A DNA stretch of 64,000 nt, taken from an uncultured delta proteobacterium. Its GTDB lineage: Bacteria; Myxococcota; Kuafuiibacteriia; Kuafuiibacteriales; Kuafuiibacteriaceae. The translations under genes and the position numbers were made by a program. The notes under the pieces were generated by a model. That model was not told where the DNA came from, did not search any database, and saw only the letters and a program-made list of their open reading frames with translations. The stretch spans positions 64,001 through 128,000 of the forward strand of contig CAWDML010000014.1 in NCBI GenBank assembly GCA_963803435.1. The letters run 5' to 3'. Numbering within the stretch: the first letter of the stretch is position 1; each line of letters begins with the position of its first letter. Below, piece by piece: positions 51,292 through 60,737 of the stretch.

Positions 51292-51379
51292 GGTGTGACG
51301 TTTCTCGCTTGATCCGGCGTTCGGTCCAAGGTGTAGGACACCGATTTGTTCCATTTTCGATCGCGGCTGCGCGAGTCGA

Positions 51380-51395
51380 CTGTACTTCGGTACAG
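51380..51395. promoter_or_regulatory. palindrome CTGTAC-TTCG-GTACAG (hairpin or LexA-like box)
   Basis: Perfect 6-bp arms between the MFS stop and the adhesin start. Confidence 0.4.
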
Positions 51396-51396
51396 C

Positions 51397-52695
51397 CTAC
51401 TTTTCGTCATCTACGGGCAGCGACCCTTCGGCGACACCGCCGCTCACCCGGATCCCGATCAGACGCAGGAGGAGCCGACGACGCCCGATCCCGGGACGCG
51501 CCGCCGGGAACAGCGGCGCCAGGAGGAGGGCCACCACGAGCCGGCCGATGGTGCTCACCGCGAACACAAGCGGATACGTGCGGCCACTTCGTTCGAGGAG
51601 CACGCCTCCGAACATACTCCCGGCCAGCTGGGCCAGCCCGTTGCTCATGTTGACCGCCGCCAGCAACGCCGGGCGCAGGCGCGCCTCCGCAGTCTCGAGC
51701 AAGAGCGTGAACTGGGAGACCTCGTAGCCGCCCCACGAGATCCCGGAGAGCGCTTGCGCCGCGAGCGCCACGCCGACGCCGCTGGCGAACATCCACGGGA
51801 CGGGGACAATCGCGACGCCGATCGCGGCGAGCAGGAAGAGCGGGCGGGCCCCATACCGATCGATCCCGCGCCCCCACGCGCTCAGCGTGAGGAACTTGGC
51901 GAGCACCACCATGACCGTGCTCGCCGTGTACTCGACGTACGAGAAGTGCAGCCCGTCCAGCTGGAACGGTCCAAAGTATGGGGAGCCGACGTAGACGGTG
52001 AGGTTCAAGAGGCACGCGATCAGCAGGATCCGCCGCCAGGGCAGGCCGCGCGTCGAGCGCATCAGGTCGAAGGCGCTCCGCAGATCGGCGAGGCCGTCGG
52101 AGCGAGGCTCCGGCGAGAGCACCAGCAGCGTGGCCGAGCACGCCCGCGCGATCGCCGCCACCGCGAAGATGAGAAAGTAGCCGGTGCCCCCGGCGCCCGC
52201 CACGACCTCGCCCGCTCCGCCCGGCTCGAGACGATCGAGCGTGAGTCCGCACGCCATCACGGAGAGGCAGGTCGCGAGGTGTGCAAACCGATTGCGCCGC
52301 GAGAAGTAGCGACCGCGGAGCCTGGCCGGGACCAGGTCGCCGTACCAGGAGCCCCAGGCGACGCCGGCCGCCTGCCCCAAGATCTGATGGATCGACGAGA
52401 ACACGATCAGCCACCCGGGCGTGACCGCCCGCGATCCCTCGGCGAAGGCCAGAAGCGAGAGCGAGAGGACCTGCCCGACCACCGCGCCGACCACCAGCGG
52501 CTTACGTCGCGGCCAGCGCGCGAGCGCCCAGACCACCGCCGCAGGTCCGAGCGATCCGATCGCCAGCGGCAGCGCCACCAGGAGCCCGAGCTCCAGCGCG
52601 CCGGCCCCGAGACGCACGCCGTCGGCGACGAAGTACGCCTCGCTGGCGCCGACCATGATCGCGAAGAGGACGGCCTCGATGCGCGAGAGCGACAT
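51397..52695 (-). CDS. MFS transporter
   Basis: About 12 hydrophobic segments; DLVPARLRGRYFSRR, WGRGIDRYGAR. Confidence 0.9.
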   Translation of the reverse strand: MSLSRIEAVLFAIMVGASEAYFVADGVRLGAGALELGLLVALPLAIGSLGPAAVVWALARWPRRKPLVVGAVVGQVLSLSLLAFAEGSRAVTPGWLIVFSSIHQILGQAAGVAWGSWYGDLVPARLRGRYFSRRNRFAHLATCLSVMACGLTLDRLEPGGAGEVVAGAGGTGYFLIFAVAAIARACSATLLVLSPEPRSDGLADLRSAFDLMRSTRGLPWRRILLIACLLNLTVYVGSPYFGPFQLDGLHFSYVEYTASTVMVVLAKFLTLSAWGRGIDRYGARPLFLLAAIGVAIVPVPWMFASGVGVALAAQALSGISWGGYEVSQFTLLLETAEARLRPALLAAVNMSNGLAQLAGSMFGGVLLERSGRTYPLVFAVSTIGRLVVALLLAPLFPAARPGIGRRRLLLRLIGIRVSGGVAEGSLPVDDEK

Positions 52696-52786
52696 CGATC
52701 GACGCGTCGCGTGGCGGTCCAGAGCGCTCAAGGAGGCCGGCGATCAGCATGACACTGGCACGCAAGTTGGGACATGCTGCCAGGAC

Positions 52787-53261
52787 GTGCGTTCCCTTAC
52801 GGCCCTCACCATCCTGGTGCTGCCTGCCATCGCCCACGCCCAGCACCGCGCGGCGATCGCCGCTGGTGGGCTCGGCGCTCGTGGAGCTTCGGGGAAACCT
52901 ATATTTTGACGGCGCGAACCAGGTTCGGACGGACGGACGGCCGTTCCACGGAGAGAGTGCTCGGCCCCGCTGGTGCGGCCGGTATCCGAACCCGTCCGGA
53001 AAACGGCGGAAGCTGCGCGCGCTCGGCCGGCTCAACCCTTCCGGTCCAGCAGGCCGCGCCATCGTGCTGCTCGATTCGGCAGATGGCGGACTCCTTCCAG
53101 GTCTCCGCGCTCCCGATGGGGCCCGTCGCGAGTGCGATCTGTCGGATCCGGAACAGCCCCGCGACCTCAGCCTGATCGTCTGGATCGAGGAGCACTTCCA
53201 GATGCGCAAGCTCCGGGACGCCTACCCGCACTGGGAGGACACCGCCTCAGAGAAGGACTGA
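52787..53261 (+). pseudogene. degraded or mosaic coding remnant
   Basis: Signal-like VRSLTALTILVLPAIAHAQ ending at stop 52909; second frame ends ...LIVWIEEHFQMRKLRDAYPHWED. Confidence 0.3.
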
Positions 53262-53319
53262 CCCATCGCCCACGACCGGGCCCTGGGCGGACGAGCCAGC
53301 GTGCTAACGTCGGACGGCG

Positions 53320-54081
53320 ATGAGCGTATCGAAGGGCTCAGTCTTCGCGGCGGCCGCGCTCGGGTTCGTGGGAACGGCGATCCTTCACGCCATCTCCGTC
53401 TTCCAAGACACTGGAGCGCCGTTTCCCTGGCGTCACGCTCTGTTCGTCGCCATCAACCTGGGTGCGGCGATCGGCCTCTTCCGCTTTCGCACGAGGACCT
53501 TCGCGATCTCGTTCTCTGTGCTCACCCTCCAGCAACTGTGGAGTCACGGCTCCAGCGCAGTCGCGATGTGGACGCAGCGGGCTCAGATCGATTGGGTGTC
53601 GATCGTCGTGGTCGTGAGCATGCCGCTGATCCTCGGGTTGCTCATCTCCGAGCAGATCGCTCCCGCTGCGCCTTGGGAGCCGGAAGCGATCGGGGCGGCG
53701 GTCGTGGGCGCGCTCGCGGTCGTCCTCATCGCCGCGATCATTCGCCACGATACGGTCTTCGAAGATTACAGCGCCCGCTTCGGCGCACTCTCACCTGTCG
53801 AATTCCAGTCCCTCAACCAGGAGATGAGTCGCCTGAAGGACCTCGCTCGAGTCTCGGTGCTCGCGTTGTTCCCTGCGGATCTCCTCTGGTTGGTGCTGTC
53901 CGCGAGAGCCTGGCGGAGGCGTGGAGGTCGACTCCCGAAGGCCACTTTCTTCGCGGCCCTGTTGGTGCTGGCCGCGGTCGCCCTCCTCCTGTTGCTCGCC
54001 ACTGCGATCCCCTCTGGGCCCGGGATGATCGGCGAGTCTCGCGAGGCCGGCACCAACCTGCGCGTGCGCGCCTCCCTCTAA
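53320..54081 (+). CDS. hypothetical membrane protein
   Basis: About 7 hydrophobic segments; codon usage less GC3-biased than neighbours. Confidence 0.65.
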   Translation: MSVSKGSVFAAAALGFVGTAILHAISVFQDTGAPFPWRHALFVAINLGAAIGLFRFRTRTFAISFSVLTLQQLWSHGSSAVAMWTQRAQIDWVSIVVVVSMPLILGLLISEQIAPAAPWEPEAIGAAVVGALAVVLIAAIIRHDTVFEDYSARFGALSPVEFQSLNQEMSRLKDLARVSVLALFPADLLWLVLSARAWRRRGGRLPKATFFAALLVLAAVALLLLLATAIPSGPGMIGESREAGTNLRVRASL

Positions 54082-54099
54082 CGAAACCTCGACGCGTCG

Positions 54100-54128
54100 G
54101 TCACACATCGTCCTGGGCCCGAGTCCAA
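54100..54128 (+). promoter_or_regulatory. putative ECF promoter GTCAC-N18-GTCCAA
   Basis: Same motif and spacing as upstream of the ECF gene (59882); followed by AAAGGAG RBS and ATG 54149. Confidence 0.55.
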
Positions 54129-54148
54129 TGACGAAAGGAGACACGACG

Positions 54149-55747
54149 ATGCGCACCACGAGCCATGCTGTCCTGTTCGCGTTCACCCTGGCGGGAGCGG
54201 GCTGCGCCGGAGACACCGGCCCGAAGGGGGATCCCGGCGACTCGGTCGTCGTCGATCCGACGCTGAGCCCGCTCGAGAAGGCCTTCGTTGGAATCGGCGG
54301 CAAGGAGGCCGTCGAGGCGCTGACGACGTTTCGGCTGGAGATCGAGGGCACCCGTTACTTCGACGGCGAGGCGCACGCGCCGGGGGGCCCCATTCCCGAG
54401 GCCACCGAGTACACCGGCGTGCTCTCGTACGACGTCACGAACGACGCGAACCGCCTGGATCTCACACGGACGGTCAAAGCGTTCGACGCGGACGTTCCCG
54501 CGCAGACGTTCAGCGAGATCGTGCGCGGCAACCTCGGGCACGTGACCGGCGAGGACGGCCTGTTCGGCGGCTCGAGCGGCGATCTCGCTTCAGCCGGCAC
54601 GGCCGCGATCCGGAAGGAGCGCTATCTGTTGTCGCCGCAGCTGATCCTTCGCGACGTCGCGCGCGATCCGTCGCTCGCGAGCGAGGCCGGCGTGGCGCTC
54701 GTCGGCGGGAGCCTGCACGAGCGGGTCGAGGTCGCGACCGACATCGCCCCGATCACCCTCTTCGTCGACGTCCAGACGGGACGGATCACGAAGCTGACCA
54801 CGCTCGAGAGCGACCACGTGCACCGCGACGTCGAGATCACCGCATGGTTCGAGGACTGGCAGCCGACGAACGGGCTCGCGTTCCCCCGTCGGGTCTACCT
54901 CGCGACCGGCGATGAGATCGTGCTCGACGAGCGCCGGACGAAGGTCGAGGTCGACGTCGATCTGGATCCGGAGCAGCTCACGCTCCCTCCGGATGCGGCG
55001 CCGACGTACGCCGCCGCCGACGCGCGGCTCGGCGAGCTCGACCAGCATTTCCACCAGTCGTTCGGGGCGATCGGCTTCCGCCTCGACGTCGTGCAGGACC
55101 AGGTCGAGGCGACGGAGCTCGCACCCGGCGTCTTCCGGCTCGGCGGCGGCACCCACAACTCGCTCGCGATCGCGCAGGACGACGGCCTGGTGATCGTCGA
55201 CGCGCCGCTGTACAGCGCGCGCAGCCAGGCGATCATGGCGTGGGCGGCGGCCGCCTTCCCGAACACGCCCATCGCGCACCTCGTCGTGACCCACTTCCAC
55301 GACGATCACACGGGTGGCGTGCGGGACTTCGTCGCGGCCGGCGTCCCCGTGATCACGGGCAGCGGCTCCGAGGGCTTCCTCGAGCGGGTGGTGGCGGCGC
55401 CGTCGACGCTCGACGCCGATCCCCTGGCGCAGCATCCGATGCCCCTCTCGATCACCCGGGTCGCGAGCGGCGACGTGATGCATCTGGCCGACGCGACGCA
55501 TCCGGTCGACATCATCCCCATCGTCAACGCGCACGCCGCCGACATGGTCTACGTCCGCCTGCCGGCCGACGACATCGTGTTCGTCGCGGATCTCTATAGC
55601 CCCGGATTTCCGCCGGTGTTCCCGATCGACCTCAAGGAGTCGGTGTACGCGGCGCTGCTCGCAGAAGGTGGGACCAGCGATATGATCGTCGGTGCGCACG
55701 GCGGCGTGGCGACCTTCGCCCAGCTCGCCAGCGAGACCGGCCACTGA
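54149..55747 (+). CDS. MBL-fold metallo-hydrolase lipoprotein
   Basis: GAGC lipobox, short collagen-like GDTGPKGDPGD, THFHDDHTGG, NAH, ADL, GAHG. Confidence 0.88.
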   Translation: MRTTSHAVLFAFTLAGAGCAGDTGPKGDPGDSVVVDPTLSPLEKAFVGIGGKEAVEALTTFRLEIEGTRYFDGEAHAPGGPIPEATEYTGVLSYDVTNDANRLDLTRTVKAFDADVPAQTFSEIVRGNLGHVTGEDGLFGGSSGDLASAGTAAIRKERYLLSPQLILRDVARDPSLASEAGVALVGGSLHERVEVATDIAPITLFVDVQTGRITKLTTLESDHVHRDVEITAWFEDWQPTNGLAFPRRVYLATGDEIVLDERRTKVEVDVDLDPEQLTLPPDAAPTYAAADARLGELDQHFHQSFGAIGFRLDVVQDQVEATELAPGVFRLGGGTHNSLAIAQDDGLVIVDAPLYSARSQAIMAWAAAAFPNTPIAHLVVTHFHDDHTGGVRDFVAAGVPVITGSGSEGFLERVVAAPSTLDADPLAQHPMPLSITRVASGDVMHLADATHPVDIIPIVNAHAADMVYVRLPADDIVFVADLYSPGFPPVFPIDLKESVYAALLAEGGTSDMIVGAHGGVATFAQLASETGH

Positions 55748-55767
55748 CCCGGGAGCGCAGGCGGAGA

Positions 55768-56760
55768 TCAGGGCGCAGCGCGGGCGAAGTGCTGCAGCAG
55801 ATCGTTGTCGGTGGACAGCACCAGCACCGATTCCGCCGGCAGGGCGTTCTCGTAGGTCTCCAGGCTCTTGACGAAGCTGTAGAAGCCCTCCGCCTTTGCG
55901 TAGCTCTTCGCGTAGATCGCGGTGGCTTTCGCGTCGGCAGCGCCCTTGATCGTCTCGGCCTTGCGAAACGCCTCGGACCGGACCTTTCGGAGCTCCCGCT
56001 CCCTCTTGCCGGCGATCTCCGCTCGCTGCCCGCGACCGACCGAGCGGATCCGTTCGGCGATCTTCATCCGCTCCGAGATCATCCGCTCGAACACCTTGGC
56101 CTGGACACTCGCCTCGTAGTTGATGCGCTTGACGAGCACGTCGACGATCTCGATCCCGTACTGGGGCGCCACCTCCCGGGCGCGCGTGGCGATCGCCAGC
56201 TGGAGCTTGGTCCGGCCCACCTGGATGCGGTCGACCTTGCTCACGCTGTTGGGGTCGTCCTCGAGCTCGGCCGAGGTCGAGGTCTCCGTGTCCAGGATCA
56301 GATTGGTGTCGCGGACGATCTCCACCAGGTTGTGGTCGCTGACGATGTCGCGGGTCGCGGAGTCGACGATGTCGTCGAGCCGGCCCTGGGCGGACGACTC
56401 GGTGGCCACGGATTCAAGGTAGCGGAGCGGATCCACGATCCGCCAGCGGGCGGTGGTGTCGACCGAGATGTACTTCTTGTCCCGGGTCGGGATCTGGTTC
56501 GGATGGCCATCCCACTCGATGATCCGCTTCTCGATGAAGTGGACCTCCTGCACCATGGGGAGCTTGAAGTGGATTCCAGGCTCCTTGATCGGCTGGCCGA
56601 CCACGGCACCGAACTCGGTGATGATCGCCTGCTGGACCTCCGTGACGGTGAAGACGGCCGAGCTCGCGACCAGAGTGAAGAGCGTGGCGAGGGCCACCAG
56701 GATCAAGGGGAGGAGGCTTCGCTGAGGAAGCCGGCGCACGTTGCCATTCCCGTAGCTCAC
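55768..56760 (-). CDS. hflC: FtsH protease modulator HflC
   Basis: EPGIHFKLP, WRIVDP, RMISER, GAADAKAT.IYA, FYSFVKSLE. Confidence 0.93.
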   Translation of the reverse strand: MSYGNGNVRRLPQRSLLPLILVALATLFTLVASSAVFTVTEVQQAIITEFGAVVGQPIKEPGIHFKLPMVQEVHFIEKRIIEWDGHPNQIPTRDKKYISVDTTARWRIVDPLRYLESVATESSAQGRLDDIVDSATRDIVSDHNLVEIVRDTNLILDTETSTSAELEDDPNSVSKVDRIQVGRTKLQLAIATRAREVAPQYGIEIVDVLVKRINYEASVQAKVFERMISERMKIAERIRSVGRGQRAEIAGKRERELRKVRSEAFRKAETIKGAADAKATAIYAKSYAKAEGFYSFVKSLETYENALPAESVLVLSTDNDLLQHFARAAP

Positions 56761-57734
56761 TTGGCACCTCCCGCCCGGAGCTGCTCGAGGTTGAGCAGCG
56801 GCACCACCGACTTGACCTTCGGATCGACGATCACGACGCGATCGACCTTCTGGAGCACCTTCTGCATGCTCTCCAGATAGAGCCGGGAGGCGGTGACCTT
56901 GGGGGCCTTCTCGTACTCGAGCTGTACCTGGCGGAACCGTTCGGCCTCTCCCTGGGCGCGATTCACCCGCTCGAGCCCATAGCCCTCCGCCTCGGCGACG
57001 ATCTTGAGCGCGTCGCCCTTCGCCTCGGGGATGGCCTTGTTGTAGGCCTGCCAGGCGTCGTTGATCATCCTCTCCTCTTCCTGCTTCGCGGCGTTGACGT
57101 CGTTGAACGACGCCTTGACCACCTTGGGCGGGTTCACGTCCTGGAGCTTCACGGTGACGATGCTGATCCCCATCCCGTAGTGATCGATCGACTCCTGCAT
57201 CACGCTCTCGACGCTGCTGCCGATCTCGCCGCGGCCGGTGGTGAGGACGTCGTTCACCGAGCGATCCCCGACGACCCGGCGCATCGCGCTCTCGGCGATG
57301 TCGCGGATCGTCTTGGGCACGTTGCGAACGCTGAACAGGAACTTCTTCGGGTCAGCGATGCGGTATTGGACGATCCACTCCACATCGGCGACGTTCAGGT
57401 CGCCGGTGAGCATCTGGGACTCGGAGCTGAAGTCGCCGGTGGCGTAGGTGGTCTGCACCCCGGCCTCGACGGTGCGGAACCCGAACTCGGCCTTGTGAAT
57501 GCGTCGAGTGCGGACCTTGAGCGCCTCGTCGATCCCGAACGGGAGCTTCGCGTGGAGGCCTGGCTCGGTGATCTCGAGGAAACGGCCGAAGCGGAGGATC
57601 ACCGCCTCCTCATCCGGATCGACCGAATAGAACACGCTGACGAGCACCACTATCCCGCCCAGCAGCGCCGCCAGGATCAGCACGAGTCTCCAATTCTTCC
57701 GGAGTCCCTCGAGAAGCGCTTCGATTTGTGCCAT
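56757..57734 (-). CDS. hflK: FtsH protease modulator HflK
   Basis: MLTGDLNVADVEWIVQY, LQDVNPP, AEGY...AQGEA, RLYLE. Confidence 0.93.
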   Translation of the reverse strand: MAQIEALLEGLRKNWRLVLILAALLGGIVVLVSVFYSVDPDEEAVILRFGRFLEITEPGLHAKLPFGIDEALKVRTRRIHKAEFGFRTVEAGVQTTYATGDFSSESQMLTGDLNVADVEWIVQYRIADPKKFLFSVRNVPKTIRDIAESAMRRVVGDRSVNDVLTTGRGEIGSSVESVMQESIDHYGMGISIVTVKLQDVNPPKVVKASFNDVNAAKQEEERMINDAWQAYNKAIPEAKGDALKIVAEAEGYGLERVNRAQGEAERFRQVQLEYEKAPKVTASRLYLESMQKVLQKVDRVVIVDPKVKSVVPLLNLEQLRAGGAK

Positions 57735-57812
57735 GGGTTGCTGTACCACGCGAGACCGGAGCGGGGCACGACAACCCGTCATTGAGGGCGCAACCTCTGC
57801 GATCCGCTGCCT

Positions 57813-58340
57813 TCACCTCGTCGAGGAGCGTGTCGCGAGGTAGCGCGATGGCGAGAGGGATCCGCGGCGGTCACCCAGGACCGTGTTGTCGTCGTCCGGG
57901 AGCACGCGGCGCGCGCTTCGGAAACCGCGGCGGTACACGGGACGATCCAGCCGATCCACCAGCACGCCGTGGCTGAGGCTGGCGTGAGCGAAGTGCTCCT
58001 CACCCATATACAGCCCCACGTGGTCGATGCCTCTCCCGTTGTGCACCAGATCGAAGAAGAGGAGGTCGCCCACCTCGAGCTCGTCGCGCTCCACGGGGAG
58101 ACCGACCCGCGCCTGATCGCGGCTCCGTCGCGGCAGGTCGACACCCAGCTCCGCCATCACCTTCTGCGTGAAGCCGGAGCAGTCCGTCCCTTCGCGGGAA
58201 GCGCCGCGCCATCGATAGGGTGTGCCGATCCAGGCGCCCACGATCTCGCGAACGCGCTCCGCGCGATCGGACGTGACGATCTGCTGCGAGGCACATGCAG
58301 TGGTCAGCGTCGCCGCCAGCGCAATCCCCCACGCGCGCAC
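57813..58340 (-). CDS. NlpC/P60 (C40) peptidase lipoprotein
   Basis: GTPYRWRG, DCSGF, GDLLFF, HVGLY, HAS; TTAC lipobox. Confidence 0.93.
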   Translation of the reverse strand: MRAWGIALAATLTTACASQQIVTSDRAERVREIVGAWIGTPYRWRGASREGTDCSGFTQKVMAELGVDLPRRSRDQARVGLPVERDELEVGDLLFFDLVHNGRGIDHVGLYMGEEHFAHASLSHGVLVDRLDRPVYRRGFRSARRVLPDDDNTVLGDRRGSLSPSRYLATRSSTR

Positions 58341-58441
58341 GCCGGCAGTTTACCTGATCGACGCTCGACCCTCGATGCGTCCCCCGGCCGATCTGGTGGC
58401 GCCGATGTGGCCGCGTGTGTGAGTGCTCCTCGGCGATGGCC

Positions 58442-59764
58442 TCAAACCATGCACCGTCGCCTGACCTCTTTCTGTCGGGTCCGCTTCGCATCCGGGCGGG
58501 CAGCGAGCCGGTCATCGACCAGCTCGATCGACGCGATCGCATCGAAAGGGACGAGGCCACGGCGCCCGCCGGTCTCCTTGGCGGATTCGACCTCGAGCCC
58601 CCCGTATGGATATTCGCCCGAGGTCCGGTCGCGAGCGACCGCCTTCACCCGGTACTCGTCGCCGCCGTGCTGCCGGTTCGCAGACTCCTCGACGAACTGG
58701 ATTCGAACTCGCTCGCCCACGTATCGCTCCAGCGCGGTCAGCTCCGCCGGTGTGGGCGGGCTCGACTCTTCGATGGACCGGATGTCGTCGAAGGTCCAGG
58801 TGCCGCCGGCGATGCTGCCCAGCATCGCCGTGTACTGAACGACGCGTCCGCTGGGGTATTCGGGCGATGGGTTGTCGACGTGCTCTATGCTGGTGAGAAA
58901 CCTTCTGCCGGTGTTGTCCGTGATCCATGCGCGCTGCCGATGGAAGGAGCCCCACCGATCGGGGCCCGTCCAGTCGAAGTTCTTGGTGCGAATCTTCAGG
59001 ACGTCGGTGAGGAGGCCGAAGCCTCCGAAACCGTCCAGTCGAAGGCTGCCGTCCTGTCCGATCGAGTAGCGGCGAGTGATCTCCAGGTGCGGCTGATTCG
59101 GATCGGAGTAGGTGATCGTTCGCGTGCTCTCGTTCACCTCCAGCACCACGATCGCGTGGGCGGAGTCATTACCCGTCGTGACGCAGAGGAGAGTGAGGGT
59201 GTCGGCGTCGGCGCGGAGCTCGCCGAAGTCGATGTCATGTGTGCGTTGCCAGCCCCGGCTCCGTTCCGCTTTCACGCCCACGTGGGCCGGGTCGATCTCG
59301 TTGGCGACTTCGTTGATCACCCTCTCCAGGCTGATGAAGTCGAGGCCGAGGCGCGCGTCCTTGCCGAGCCGGTCCCACGCACGCTGGACCAGGCGACCGA
59401 CCAATGCGTCGGAGGTCGAGGTGAAGACGCTGGTGTCGCGGCCGAGATGAGAGAACGCGGCGTGGAGGACATTGACCGCGCTGGTGGTAGCGCAGAGTCC
59501 GCCGCTGGGAATGAGGAGCCCGCGCTGTCCGAGACGATGATCGGTCTGTTGCAGAAGCTCGCCGCGCTGCATCAACCGGAGGAGGTGATCCTGGATGGTC
59601 GTGGAGGCGCTCGACGGTCGCTCGCCGTCGACGCGCGGAGAGGATCGAAGTGGCGGCAGGACTGGAGTCGCGTTCACGCGAACGCTGGAGTGAGGCTGTG
59701 CGTCGATCAGCGCCGGTGGGATCCGGATGGTGACCTCGATCCGGAGCGGCGGAGTGCTGACCAT
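58442..59764 (-). CDS. hypothetical protein with papain-like (C39-like) Cys-His-Asp motifs
   Basis: GGLCATTS, AHAIVV, ITYSDPN; no signal peptide; atypical codon usage. Confidence 0.6.
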   Translation of the reverse strand: MVSTPPLRIEVTIRIPPALIDAQPHSSVRVNATPVLPPLRSSPRVDGERPSSASTTIQDHLLRLMQRGELLQQTDHRLGQRGLLIPSGGLCATTSAVNVLHAAFSHLGRDTSVFTSTSDALVGRLVQRAWDRLGKDARLGLDFISLERVINEVANEIDPAHVGVKAERSRGWQRTHDIDFGELRADADTLTLLCVTTGNDSAHAIVVLEVNESTRTITYSDPNQPHLEITRRYSIGQDGSLRLDGFGGFGLLTDVLKIRTKNFDWTGPDRWGSFHRQRAWITDNTGRRFLTSIEHVDNPSPEYPSGRVVQYTAMLGSIAGGTWTFDDIRSIEESSPPTPAELTALERYVGERVRIQFVEESANRQHGGDEYRVKAVARDRTSGEYPYGGLEVESAKETGGRRGLVPFDAIASIELVDDRLAARPDAKRTRQKEVRRRCMV

Positions 59765-59881
59765 GTGAATGGATTTTCGACCAATGAAGACGGTCGTTTC
59801 GTTCGATTTACAAGTGCACTCGTAACTAGCTGTCGACCTGCCCCAGTGTGGCCTGATCCGAACACCTGCCGCGGCCTGCGA

Positions 59882-59910
59882 GTCACGAGGTCCAAGCCGG
59901 GATAGTCTAA
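59882..59910 (+). promoter_or_regulatory. putative autoregulatory ECF promoter GTCAC-N18-GTCTAA (leaderless)
   Basis: Ends 6 nt before the ECF ATG at 59917; twin at 54100. Confidence 0.6.
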
Positions 59911-59916
59911 CCTCTC

Positions 59917-60729
59917 ATGAGCCACGAACACCTCGTCACGCAGGCACGTGCCGGCGATCGCCGCGCCCTCGACCAGCTCCTCCGCGAGATGAAGGACCTC
60001 GTCTACAACCTCGCGATCCGGATGCTGGGCCGCCCCGCCGACGCCGAGGATGCCTCGCAGGAGATTCTGATCCGGCTGGTCACCGGGCTCGCGTCTTTCC
60101 GCGGCGACAGCTCGTTCCGCACCTGGGTGTACCGCGTCGCCACCAACCAGCTGCTGACGACGCGCAAGCGGATCGCGGAGCAGCACACCGAGAGCTTCGA
60201 GGCCCTCGGCGACTTCCTCGACAAGGGCATCGCGTCGCAGCATCCACCCGTCGAGGATACGCGTTTGGTGGCCGAGGCCAAGATGGCGTGCACGTCTCGG
60301 ATGCTCCTATGTCTCGATCGTGATCATCGGATCGCGTTCATCCTCGGCGAGATCCTCGAGCTGTCCGGGGAGGAAGCCGCCGCCGTGCTCGAGATCAGCG
60401 CGGAGGCGTTTCGCAAGCGGCTATCGCGGGCGCGGGCCCGTATGGAGGCGTTCACCGCCGAGCACTGCGGGATCGTCGACCGCAGCAAGCCGTGTCGCTG
60501 CGCCAAGCAGGCCGCCAACGCGATCGGTCTGGGGTTGCTCGACCCCTCGCGGCCCACCTGGTCCGTCCACCCCACGCTCGAGCAGCAGAACGCGCATGTC
60601 GCCGAGATCGATCGCATCGTGCAGACCGTCGAGCTGATGCGCAGCATCCCGCGGTTCGCCGCGCCGGACTCGCTGGTCGACGGCCTCCGCGAGCTGATCG
60701 AGGACCGCAGCGGCAACCTGCTGTCCTGA
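59917..60729 (+). CDS. ECF sigma factor with Cys-rich C-terminal extension
   Basis: DAEDASQE, FRTWVYRVA, RKRLSRAR; Cys motifs ACTSRMLLC and HCGIVDRSKPCRC. Confidence 0.92.
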   Translation: MSHEHLVTQARAGDRRALDQLLREMKDLVYNLAIRMLGRPADAEDASQEILIRLVTGLASFRGDSSFRTWVYRVATNQLLTTRKRIAEQHTESFEALGDFLDKGIASQHPPVEDTRLVAEAKMACTSRMLLCLDRDHRIAFILGEILELSGEEAAAVLEISAEAFRKRLSRARARMEAFTAEHCGIVDRSKPCRCAKQAANAIGLGLLDPSRPTWSVHPTLEQQNAHVAEIDRIVQTVELMRSIPRFAAPDSLVDGLRELIEDRSGNLLS

Positions 60730-60737
60730 GCGTTCAT

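Noticed and set aside
55768-57734. Link between hflKC and the putative FtsH ternary system gene
   Set aside because: 38 kb apart; hflKC are ordinary housekeeping modulators and the link is only in the name
52700-60000. Prophage or integrative island in the region of atypical codon usage
   Set aside because: No integrase, transposase, phage genes or att repeats seen; housekeeping hflKC lies inside it
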